DNA from: Spirochaetaceae bacterium
GTDB taxonomy: Bacteria; Spirochaetota; Spirochaetia; DSM-2461
DNA: 64,000 bases
Reading direction: 5' to 3'
NCBI GenBank assembly: GCA_965224705.1
Contig: OZ245056.1
Location: forward strand, 2,464,001 to 2,528,000
Shown: positions 39,495-47,600 of the stretch, piece after piece
Layout: every line of letters starts with the position of its first letter
Numbering within the stretch: position 1 is the stretch's first letter
Translations under genes and position numbers: made by a program
The notes under the pieces: model-generated
What the model was told of the DNA's origin: nothing
Seen by the model: only the letters and a program-made list of their open reading frames with translations
Databases searched by the model: none

Positions 39495-39767
39495 ATGCCC
39501 AAAAAACTCTATGTCGGGAATCTCAGTTATTCCATTGATGATCAGGAACTTGAAAATTTGTTCAGTCAGCATGGTCAGGTGACCAGTGCCAGAGTTATCA
39601 TCGACCGATATGACAATCGATCCAAAGGATTTGGTTTTGTAGAAATGGAGGATGAAGCTGCGGCCGATTCCGCTGTCGAGTCCCTTAATGGTCAGGACCA
39701 TATGGGACGTCAATTAAAAGTCAGTGTAGCACGCGAGAGAACAGATCGTCCTCGCAAGGCTTATTGA
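39495..39767 (+). CDS. RRM RNA-binding protein
   Basis: RNP2 LYVGNL and RNP1 KGFGFVEM; AGGAG ribosome-binding site. Confidence 0.95.
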   Translation: MPKKLYVGNLSYSIDDQELENLFSQHGQVTSARVIIDRYDNRSKGFGFVEMEDEAAADSAVESLNGQDHMGRQLKVSVARERTDRPRKAY

Positions 39768-39939
39768 TCAGCAGGGCTGTATCAATAAGAGTATCTGGTT
39801 CAAGTACAGGGGGAATGGGTTTTGTGAGCAAAGCGTAATTAATCTGCTATGCATTACAGATTCCTGCTCAACCATGCGTCCGAACCAGAGACGATTACTG
39901 ATGCAGCCATTTCACGCATAACATCAACAGGGGGATTCT

Positions 39940-40158
39940 TTGGCACGCAGTCACTATACTTACGAGAAACGTCAGATTGAACTAAAAAAGAAAAAGAAGC
40001 GTGAAGAGAAACTTCTTAAAAAGAAGGGAGGGGTGACGGAACCCACTGATGATGCAGCCGAATATCTGGCAATGCTCCGGGGAGAACCATTTAACAGCGA
40101 TGAAGATGATCAGGACAGCGCAGAACACCCGAGGGGTACTGAACCTGAAAGCAGATAA
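39940..40158 (+). CDS. Small basic/acidic hypothetical protein
   Basis: MARS..YEKRQ.E.KKKKKREEK; GGGGGA before TTG. Confidence 0.65.
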   Translation: MARSHYTYEKRQIELKKKKKREEKLLKKKGGVTEPTDDAAEYLAMLRGEPFNSDEDDQDSAEHPRGTEPESR

Positions 40159-40202
40159 CACATCGCATTCAGTTAATTCAACTGTGTTTCAGATATGGTC
40201 AA

Positions 40203-40697
40203 ATGAGTGGTGTGGATTCCACTATGAACAAAAGAAATATAATTAGAGAAGAGATCAATGAAGCCCAGCATAAATGGGCAGACAACGTCATTGAACTGGG
40301 AAAACTTATCAAAACCCCGGCTGCTTTGGTACAGAAAGCAGAAGAATTCCTGGATAACCTGTATTCATTCAGAGAAGGACAGGTTTTATTTAAGCCAACC
40401 AGGGCCTCAGCGCATCCTTTCAGGCTCACCAGAGAATCAGCACTGTCCTATTTCATTGGGGGAAACTCTACTTTCAGCGAAGATACAGGTTTCGTTCTCA
40501 GGCCGTGGAAATCAGTACAATTTGATAATGCAGGCATATACTGCAATGGTGCAACTGCCATGGCAATGGGTCATTACACTTTTACGAGCATGGAAGAAGA
40601 GACTTTGCTGGCTGAATACTCCTTTGGATATGTACAGGACGAGGATGGCCTGCTGAGGATTGTACTTCATCACTCATCCATTCCATTCCATTCATAA
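40203..40697 (+). CDS. COG4337-type NTF2-fold protein (iota-class carbonic anhydrase candidate)
   Basis: LFKPT, ALSYF.G, ED.GF..PW, AMG.Y.F, EYSFGY and terminal HHSS motifs. Confidence 0.75.
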   Translation: MSGVDSTMNKRNIIREEINEAQHKWADNVIELGKLIKTPAALVQKAEEFLDNLYSFREGQVLFKPTRASAHPFRLTRESALSYFIGGNSTFSEDTGFVLRPWKSVQFDNAGIYCNGATAMAMGHYTFTSMEEETLLAEYSFGYVQDEDGLLRIVLHHSSIPFHS

Positions 40698-40806
40698 TTC
40701 ACAAATATACACCGATTGACTGTGCCGAGACGTCCATCTTAACAGCAATCCTTGAATCAGTCTGGATTACTTGTTGCTTCTCAGATATAATGAACCATCT
40801 GTCATG

Positions 40807-40852
40807 GAGTCTGTCGGATTTTAAGGCTTCGAGGCGGAAGTCCGACAGACTC
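40807..40852. mobile_element. 46-bp minimal MITE (ends only)
   Basis: GAGTCTGTCGGATTTTAAGGCTTCGAGGCG (identical to one end of 41943-42229) joined to AAGTCCGACAGACTC; flanks CATG/CATA. Confidence 0.8.
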
Positions 40853-40886
40853 CATATCTGACGGATCCATAATGGAGGAGAAAATA

Positions 40887-41891
40887 ATGGCTGATCTAAA
40901 GACTTCTTACATGGGCATAGCACTTGAAAACCCAATTATTGCTGGTGCCTCTGAACTCACTGGACATATGGATTCAATCAAGAAGATTGAAGACTCAGGA
41001 GCAGGTGCCCTGATAATAAAGAGCTTGTTTGAAGAGCAAATACAGCTTGAAAGAGCTCGTTTCGAGGAAGAGCAGGGGCAATACAGCGGTTTTAACGCAG
41101 AAATGTCCAGCCTTTATCCGGAGATGGAACATTCTGGTCCCGATACCCATTTGATGTGGGTTCGAAAAGCCAGAGAAGCAGTGTCCATTCCTGTTTTTGC
41201 AAGTTTGAATGCAGTTAACAAAGACACCTGGACAGAATGGGCCGTAAAACTCCAGGAAACAGGAGTTGACGGGTTGGAACTGAATTTCTTTGCCAATCCT
41301 GAACAACAGGCGGACAACAGTGCTTCCATAGAGCAGGAACAGCTGGAAGTTGTACAGGCAGTACTGAAAAGTGTAAAAATACCTGTTGCTATAAAAATGA
41401 GTTTGTTTTACACAACTCCGATAACTGTTGCCAGAAAATTTTCTGATGCAGGAGCACAGGGATTGGTATTATTCAACAAGTTTTTCCAACCGGACATAGA
41501 TGTTGAGAAAGAAACAAACACCCTGCCCTTGAATCTAAGTACTTCAACGGCCAATCGTCTGCCTCTGCGATATGCAGGTCTGCTTTACGGCAATGTAAAC
41601 GCCTGTATCTGTGCTTCAAGCGGGATAATGGATGGCCTGGATGTCGCAAAAATGCTTCTGGCAGGTGCCGATGTAGTTCAGGTTGTCAGCACTCTCTACA
41701 AGAATAGAATTACTCAATTGGGCCGCCTTGTTTCAGATTTGAGCAACTGGATGGATGCCAAAGGGTATGAGAATATAAACGCTTTCAAAGGAAAGATGAG
41801 CAGACAGAAATCCGATGATCCATGGGTGTATAAACGGGCTCAATATGCAAAACTGCTGATGAAACCAAACCCGATGGGAATAATCCGATAA
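40887..41891 (+). CDS. Dihydroorotate dehydrogenase-like flavoprotein
   Basis: L.NPIIAGAS, KSLFEEQI, ASLN, ELN, LFNKFFQPDID, GAD.VQVVS motifs. Confidence 0.88.
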   Translation: MADLKTSYMGIALENPIIAGASELTGHMDSIKKIEDSGAGALIIKSLFEEQIQLERARFEEEQGQYSGFNAEMSSLYPEMEHSGPDTHLMWVRKAREAVSIPVFASLNAVNKDTWTEWAVKLQETGVDGLELNFFANPEQQADNSASIEQEQLEVVQAVLKSVKIPVAIKMSLFYTTPITVARKFSDAGAQGLVLFNKFFQPDIDVEKETNTLPLNLSTSTANRLPLRYAGLLYGNVNACICASSGIMDGLDVAKMLLAGADVVQVVSTLYKNRITQLGRLVSDLSNWMDAKGYENINAFKGKMSRQKSDDPWVYKRAQYAKLLMKPNPMGIIR

Positions 41892-41942
41892 TTTTTCTCA
41901 TTTCATGATTGTTTCAGTACAGGAGATATTCAGTTTATCTAA

Positions 41943-42229
41943 GAGCCTGTCGGATTTACGTCTCACGGATCGATTTTTGCCCTTCTCTCCAGAAGCAAGC
42001 CTCCTGCTTGCTTCTGGAGAGCCGCCTTCGTTCGTTTTTCGCCGCCATCCGTGGCGGCTTTTCCTCGCTATCGCTCGGCACTCTCTCAGGATGCGAGTTT
42101 ATAGACTCGCATACCCTGCTGCTGTGTTGCCAAAATACTCACGTAGCCCAGCTACGCTCCGTTTTTGTCGCCTTGCATCAGGAAGAAATCATCAAAAATC
42201 GCCTCGAAGCCTTAAAATCCGACAGACTC
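41943..42229. mobile_element. 287-bp hairpin-rich MITE (longest copy)
   Basis: 15-bp TIRs GAG(C/T)CTGTCGGATTT; at least four internal hairpins; related copies at 8356, 40807, 58803 and 63857. Confidence 0.9.
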
Positions 42230-42244
42230 CTGGAGAGAATACAA

Positions 42245-42685
42245 TTGACTGATCAGGTTATATCACTGGATGCGATTATGAATGCTGTCAGGAAGAAAGT
42301 GACCGGCGATTTCGATCTTGTTGTGGGCATTGAAAGAGGCGGCGTGCTGCCGTCCTGTCTGGTTTCCCACTGGCTGAATATCCCTTTGAGTCTGATAAAG
42401 ATCAGATTTCGAGACGATAATCATCAGCCGATCATGGATTCTCCACAGTTGTTGAAGGAACCGAATGAGAATATAGCGAACCGAAGCATCCTTCTGGTCG
42501 ATGATGTGTGTAACACTGGAGCTACTTTGAACCTTGCTGTGAAAGAGCTGAAAGATGCAGCTCACATAAAAACCATGGTCATTTCCGGCTATGCGGATAT
42601 ATCTCTCTTTGGTGTGCATGAGAAATGCCTTCAGTGGCCCTGGGACGTGGACAAAGCATTGGGATCAAGTGCAGTAGAAATCTAG
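42245..42685 (+). CDS. Type I phosphoribosyltransferase
   Basis: VGIERGG and LLVDDVCNTGATL PRPP motif; TTG 42245 after GGAGAG. Confidence 0.85.
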   Translation: MTDQVISLDAIMNAVRKKVTGDFDLVVGIERGGVLPSCLVSHWLNIPLSLIKIRFRDDNHQPIMDSPQLLKEPNENIANRSILLVDDVCNTGATLNLAVKELKDAAHIKTMVISGYADISLFGVHEKCLQWPWDVDKALGSSAVEI

Positions 42686-43533
42686 AAATTCCGCGTATTG
42701 CGAATCAGCTCCCAGGCATGTTGAATTTCCTGGAATTTGGTCTTGGCGAATTCGGTGAATTCCTTTGGAAGTCCCTTGGCTGCTATTTTGTCCGGATGAT
42801 ATTCAGCGGCTTTTTTTCTGTATGCTTTACGTATTTCAGACTCTGCTGCATCCGCATTGACATCCAGGGTAGCGTAGGCATCCTTCAAATCACCTCCTGA
42901 TCCGCCTGCAGAGCCGCTTCCACGGGAAGAACGTCCACCAAATGTGTAGCGGGATCGGATTGATTCATATGCACTGGCAGAATACCCAAAAACTTCAGCA
43001 GATTCCCGAAGAATCCTGTCTTCTGCCGGGTGGATTCCATCAACTGATGCACTCACACGGATCATAATGAGCAGCATCATCTCCAGTAACTGAGGACGAT
43101 TTCCAAACGTATTTCTGGCACGACTTGCATATTGAGAAACTGATGTAGAAGACGAAGATGCTTCTCGGAAAATTCTCATGGCCATGGATATGCTTTCCGG
43201 AGAAGTAATATGCAGTTCATTAATCACTACATTTCGAAATGTCTTCTCTTCTTCCGGGCTGACATATCCATCTGCTGCAGCAAGTTTGCCCAGCATGGAG
43301 AAAAGGGTTTCCATGAAGACAGGTCCATCGGCTGCACCGACGCTCCCCCAACCGGAAAACCATCCATGGGTACTGCTGCCCTGGTGACTATTCCGGTAAG
43401 TCCGAACACCGATTCCTGATCCAATAGAACTTCCTATAGCTGAAAAAATAATTCCAAGGAGAAAAGATCGCAAGAGATAGGCACCAATAAAGAATCCTAG
43501 AATAGCACCGATCAGGGAAGCTGGGTTTATCAA
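42682..43533 (-). CDS. djlA: DjlA-like co-chaperone (TM, TerB-like, J domain)
   Basis: LGKLAAADG.VS.EE; C-terminal YHPDK. Confidence 0.85.
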   Translation of the reverse strand: MINPASLIGAILGFFIGAYLLRSFLLGIIFSAIGSSIGSGIGVRTYRNSHQGSSTHGWFSGWGSVGAADGPVFMETLFSMLGKLAAADGYVSPEEEKTFRNVVINELHITSPESISMAMRIFREASSSSTSVSQYASRARNTFGNRPQLLEMMLLIMIRVSASVDGIHPAEDRILRESAEVFGYSASAYESIRSRYTFGGRSSRGSGSAGGSGGDLKDAYATLDVNADAAESEIRKAYRKKAAEYHPDKIAAKGLPKEFTEFAKTKFQEIQHAWELIRNTRNF

Positions 43534-43632
43534 TTATCTACTCCTTGGAAAAAATTATCCGAAATCATCTATCTGGACAAGTAATAAACATGAAGATTAG
43601 CAGTGATTTCTTTGCCATGGCTAAAATGACAG

Positions 43633-43661
43633 TTTACACAATAGCATTCCCCAGCGATAAT
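43633..43661 (+). promoter_or_regulatory. Sigma70 promoter, possibly leaderless
   Basis: TTTACA-17-GATAAT-6 nt-ATG 43668. Confidence 0.5.
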
Positions 43662-43667
43662 TCTAAC

Positions 43668-44804
43668 ATGATTCTTAATGAAAATGTCAGCCGCAAAATC
43701 ATTCCCATTGCCGGAGGTAAGGGAGGAGTTGGAAAAAGCATCCTTGCGGTAAACATGGCATTGAGCCTGGCAAAGAATGGAAAGAAAACTGTTCTTGTGG
43801 ACCTGGATCTCAGCGGCTCCAATATTCATACTCTGCTTGGGGTAAAAAATACAAAATCTGGAATTGGGAATATGCTATCCGGCCTCAAAACCTCGGTGTC
43901 TGAACTGGTCTGCCCTACACAATGGGAGAATCTGTATTATATCCCGGGAGATGTCCATGTCTATGGCGTCGGGGAACTCACACAGCCGGAGAAAACATTG
44001 ATAATCAATGGTCTGCTGGAAACTGAGGCTGATTACATTATCCTGGATCTGGGCGGCGGTACCAATTTCACTGTACTTGATTTCTTCCTGGTATCAAACT
44101 CCGGACTTATAATTACAACTCCACAAACAACATCAGTAATGAATGCCTATGCATTCTTAAAAAACTATGTTCTGCGATTTCTGCGGCGAGCCTTTGCTTC
44201 CAATAAGGGTATTTCAAAATATTTGAACAATGTTGTCAGAGAACAGAAACAAGAAGATCGAAGAACAATGAGTGAAATCATGGAATCTATCACTGAAATA
44301 AATGTAGAAGATGGAGAAAAGGCATCCGCATTTCTTGACGTCCTTCAACCAAAGCTCATCCTTAACAAAATAAACAGTACAGCTGACATTGTGATAGCTG
44401 TTGGATTGCGTGATCTATGTAAAAAGAACCTTTCCATAAACATTGAATGTCTGGGAACTGTTCTGGAAACTGAGATTGTCAATCGTTCTTCTGAAAACCT
44501 CACCCCATTTGTACATGACTTTCCGGAGCACATAGTTACGAATGAAATCCACCGCATATCCCAGAAGATACTTCAAAGTGGGAATTTTCCGCAAATGCCA
44601 TTAGAACTGGATTATTACTCAGATTCTTATGAACTGGCTCATATCGAAACGGAAAACGACATTGCTATTCAACAATCAGAAAAAAAATCAGGTGAGAATA
44701 CATCAGAGTTTGAGGTAGATCAGCTTCTGGAGCTGATCCGACTTCAGCAGGGGAAGATTCAAGAACTCCAGGGAACCTTGAGAATGCTTTCCATAGGGCA
44801 ATAA
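43668..44804 (+). CDS. MinD/FlhG-like P-loop ATPase
   Basis: GGKGGVGKS, DLDL.GSN, DLGGG, TTP.TTS..NAY.F.K motifs. Confidence 0.85.
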   Translation: MILNENVSRKIIPIAGGKGGVGKSILAVNMALSLAKNGKKTVLVDLDLSGSNIHTLLGVKNTKSGIGNMLSGLKTSVSELVCPTQWENLYYIPGDVHVYGVGELTQPEKTLIINGLLETEADYIILDLGGGTNFTVLDFFLVSNSGLIITTPQTTSVMNAYAFLKNYVLRFLRRAFASNKGISKYLNNVVREQKQEDRRTMSEIMESITEINVEDGEKASAFLDVLQPKLILNKINSTADIVIAVGLRDLCKKNLSINIECLGTVLETEIVNRSSENLTPFVHDFPEHIVTNEIHRISQKILQSGNFPQMPLELDYYSDSYELAHIETENDIAIQQSEKKSGENTSEFEVDQLLELIRLQQGKIQELQGTLRMLSIGQ

Positions 44805-44806
44805 CC

Positions 44807-45361
44807 CTATGACAATCCATCAGGGACTGTAAGAATCTCCATCGGTTTTGCAATCAAATCACAGGCATTTCTGGCATCAGTTCTGGTTATATTGAGCGTT
44901 TTCCACAGGGATTGTTCAAAGAATCCAAGTATTGTACGAATTGAGGATTCATCATTGTAAACAATGTAGGATGTATTCAACCCCGTTTCCTTCGCAATGG
45001 TAAAGGAAGTGTAAGTTACTATAGGTTCCTTGGCAATCATTACTTTTTCCTGCCGCTTCGTATTATATACTTCCAGTTCTTTTAGCCGAAGAGGTATGCG
45101 ATGCGCTTCATCGCGATGTATGGGTTCAAGATGCTTGGAACCGTAGTTCAGTGGTTCAAACAAAATGTAGAGCTTCCTGCCATCAGATTGAAATAACAAA
45201 CCATCTTCATTGATATAGATATCTTTTACATTTCTATAGGAAATAACTTCATAATGTGCATAACGGGTGGCATCATCAAGAAACTCTGAAATAATATAAC
45301 CCCTATCCCGGGGTAATTCATTGTCCTTATACGCTTCGTATAGCTCCAAAATCTTAGCCAT
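44807..45361 (-). CDS. Hypothetical protein
   Basis: ORF with GGAGG before ATG 45361. Confidence 0.7.
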   Translation of the reverse strand: MAKILELYEAYKDNELPRDRGYIISEFLDDATRYAHYEVISYRNVKDIYINEDGLLFQSDGRKLYILFEPLNYGSKHLEPIHRDEAHRIPLRLKELEVYNTKRQEKVMIAKEPIVTYTSFTIAKETGLNTSYIVYNDESSIRTILGFFEQSLWKTLNITRTDARNACDLIAKPMEILTVPDGLS

Positions 45362-45402
45362 GGATCCTCCATTAGAAGTGATACTATCATAGATGCTCAC
45401 TA

Positions 45403-45431
45403 TTGTCAATTTTTTTTCTCAAGATTAGTAT
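45403..45431 (+). promoter_or_regulatory. Sigma70 promoter, possibly leaderless
   Basis: TTGTCA-17-TAGTAT-5 nt-ATG 45437; no Shine-Dalgarno. Confidence 0.5.
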
Positions 45432-45436
45432 ATATT

Positions 45437-46267
45437 ATGAATTTACAGCAGGCGAGGGCAATTTTCAGGCTGGATTCCCGAATCAGCATGGAAGAGCTTA
45501 ACGGACTGTTCCGCACTCTGGTAAAAAAATATCACCCCGATAAGGTAAGAGATCATCCAGAATGGGCTCATGCCAGAATGACAGAAATCAATGATGCATA
45601 TGAACTGCTGGTAAAGAGAATCACCTCTCCTGTTCAAACTGAACCGGAAGAAAACCCGGTGGACAGGGAAGAACCGAATGATAATACCGACACTGATTCA
45701 ATCTGGCAGGTACCGCCCATGGATGAAGAAGAATCAAGGATATTCTACCCACTGTTTAATGACTTCCTTGATGGTCTGGGGCTGTATTATCAATATGGAC
45801 TGGAAAACCCTCCTGTCAGAATGGAAGGAATCCGGCGATTTCGGTATCGTGAAGCGATGAGAACAATTATCAGGGGCAGAGATTCTTTAGCCGCTTGCAG
45901 GAAAATACAGCCGCATCCGGTATTCTCAGCCGCATCTCGATTTGCCAGACTCACCACTGCGGATATTGACCTTGGAGAAATAGCCATTTCTTCAAATCCC
46001 CTTCACCGCAAATACGATAAGCGAATGATCAATGCCCGACGTTCATTCGATGAATCCATAAAAGTTATCCTGTTCCCGGAACTTGTTCCTCATCACCTGC
46101 ATTCCCGGAGTTACTCCGGTTTGTATTCGTGCTACTCTGAATTCGTTATTTATTTTACTGTTTTTGAAGAAGGGGAGCGCCGGAAGGCTGGAATTCTCCA
46201 GGCTGCACGCTATGATGCATTCATGACACTGGTTCAGATGCGCAATGCCCGAATCATGGAATTCTGA
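45437..46267 (+). CDS. J-domain protein
   Basis: KKYHPDK..M.EINDAYE. Confidence 0.85.
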   Translation: MNLQQARAIFRLDSRISMEELNGLFRTLVKKYHPDKVRDHPEWAHARMTEINDAYELLVKRITSPVQTEPEENPVDREEPNDNTDTDSIWQVPPMDEEESRIFYPLFNDFLDGLGLYYQYGLENPPVRMEGIRRFRYREAMRTIIRGRDSLAACRKIQPHPVFSAASRFARLTTADIDLGEIAISSNPLHRKYDKRMINARRSFDESIKVILFPELVPHHLHSRSYSGLYSCYSEFVIYFTVFEEGERRKAGILQAARYDAFMTLVQMRNARIMEF

Positions 46268-47554
46268 TTGATTTACTACCAGCGAAGCGGAATCAACATC
46301 TCTCTTTCCCGGAGGGATTTAAGGGAAGGCCTTTTCCAGGCTCTGGACAAACTGGGAAAGCGGAACAATGTACTGGCTGTTCCTCCAGATATTACCCGTT
46401 TGCATTCCTGTGCAGGCGAACTTACCTCCTGTTCCTGCCAGTACTATGGCAGGTCACTTACCGCTGTGCTGCCAGCCCTGGGCACCCATACCCCCATGAC
46501 TTCAGGTGAAATCAACCGCATGTTTCCCGGTATTCCCCACAGGTTATTCAGAAAACACAAATGGCAGACTGACCTGACGACTCTCGGCACTGTACCTGCC
46601 TCCTTTCTGACGGAAGTGTCTGAGGGAAAGATAACGTACGACTGGCCGGCACAGGTCAACAAAATTCTTACTGAAGGCCGCTTCGATTTGATTCTCTCCC
46701 TTGGTCAGGTTGTTCCTCACGGAGTGGTCGGCATGGCGAATCACTCGAAAAACATCCTGATTGGCACAGGGGGTGCAGAAGGAATACATAGGAGTCATTT
46801 TCTCGGTGCTGTTTACGGTATGGAAAGAATTATGGGTCACACTGATTCACCGGTTCGTTCCGTACTGGATTATGCGATTAACAAATTCGCCGGGGAGTTA
46901 CCCATCCTCTACGTTCTCACAGTTGTCAGTCTCACATCATCAGGCGAATTCGCTGTCAGGGGATTGTTTATTGGTGATGGGCGGGAGTGCTTTGAACAGG
47001 CTGCCGCCCTCTCCAGAAAGGTGAACTTCACCATAGTTGAGAAACCCATCAAAAAATGCTTTGTTTATCTGAATCCAGAGATATATCGCAGTACATGGCT
47101 GGGAAACAAAGCCATCTACCGAACCCGTATGGCCATGGCTGACGAGGGAGAGATAATAATATCAGGACCAGGGCTGTCGAGATTTGGTGAAAACAGGGAA
47201 ATCGACAGACTGATTCGCCGCTATGGATACTGTGGAACACCTTCGGTACTGAGTTCTGTTCGGCAAAATGCGGATTTAAAGGCGAGTTTGAGCACGGCTG
47301 CCCACCTTATCCATGGATCTTCAGAGGGACGATTTCGAATTACCTGTGCATCAAAGTATTTAAGCCGGAAGGACATCCAGGGTGTTGGCTACAATTATGC
47401 CGATCTGAATAGTTTAGCAGAAAGATACAACCCCTCCTCAATGAAGCCCGGATGGAACAATGTGAAAGGTGAAGAAGTATACTTCATTACTAACCCTGCC
47501 ATGGGCATGTGGACCCATCCAGACAGGTTCTCCAGTACTGACAGAGATATCTGA
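46268..47554 (+). CDS. LarA/DUF2088 family racemase/epimerase
   Basis: PPDITR, ALGTH, GQVVPH..GMANH.KN motifs. Confidence 0.8.
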   Translation: MIYYQRSGINISLSRRDLREGLFQALDKLGKRNNVLAVPPDITRLHSCAGELTSCSCQYYGRSLTAVLPALGTHTPMTSGEINRMFPGIPHRLFRKHKWQTDLTTLGTVPASFLTEVSEGKITYDWPAQVNKILTEGRFDLILSLGQVVPHGVVGMANHSKNILIGTGGAEGIHRSHFLGAVYGMERIMGHTDSPVRSVLDYAINKFAGELPILYVLTVVSLTSSGEFAVRGLFIGDGRECFEQAAALSRKVNFTIVEKPIKKCFVYLNPEIYRSTWLGNKAIYRTRMAMADEGEIIISGPGLSRFGENREIDRLIRRYGYCGTPSVLSSVRQNADLKASLSTAAHLIHGSSEGRFRITCASKYLSRKDIQGVGYNYADLNSLAERYNPSSMKPGWNNVKGEEVYFITNPAMGMWTHPDRFSSTDRDI

Positions 47555-47600
47555 ACCCTATATAATATCTATTATATAATATATAAGCTGGAGAATTTCA

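Noticed and set aside
41905..42252. ORFs 41905-42252 and the N-terminal extension of 41909-42685 (also 8240-8422 and 8347-8535)
   Set aside because: Translations of the MITE. The PRTase has its own ribosome-binding site and TTG at 42245.
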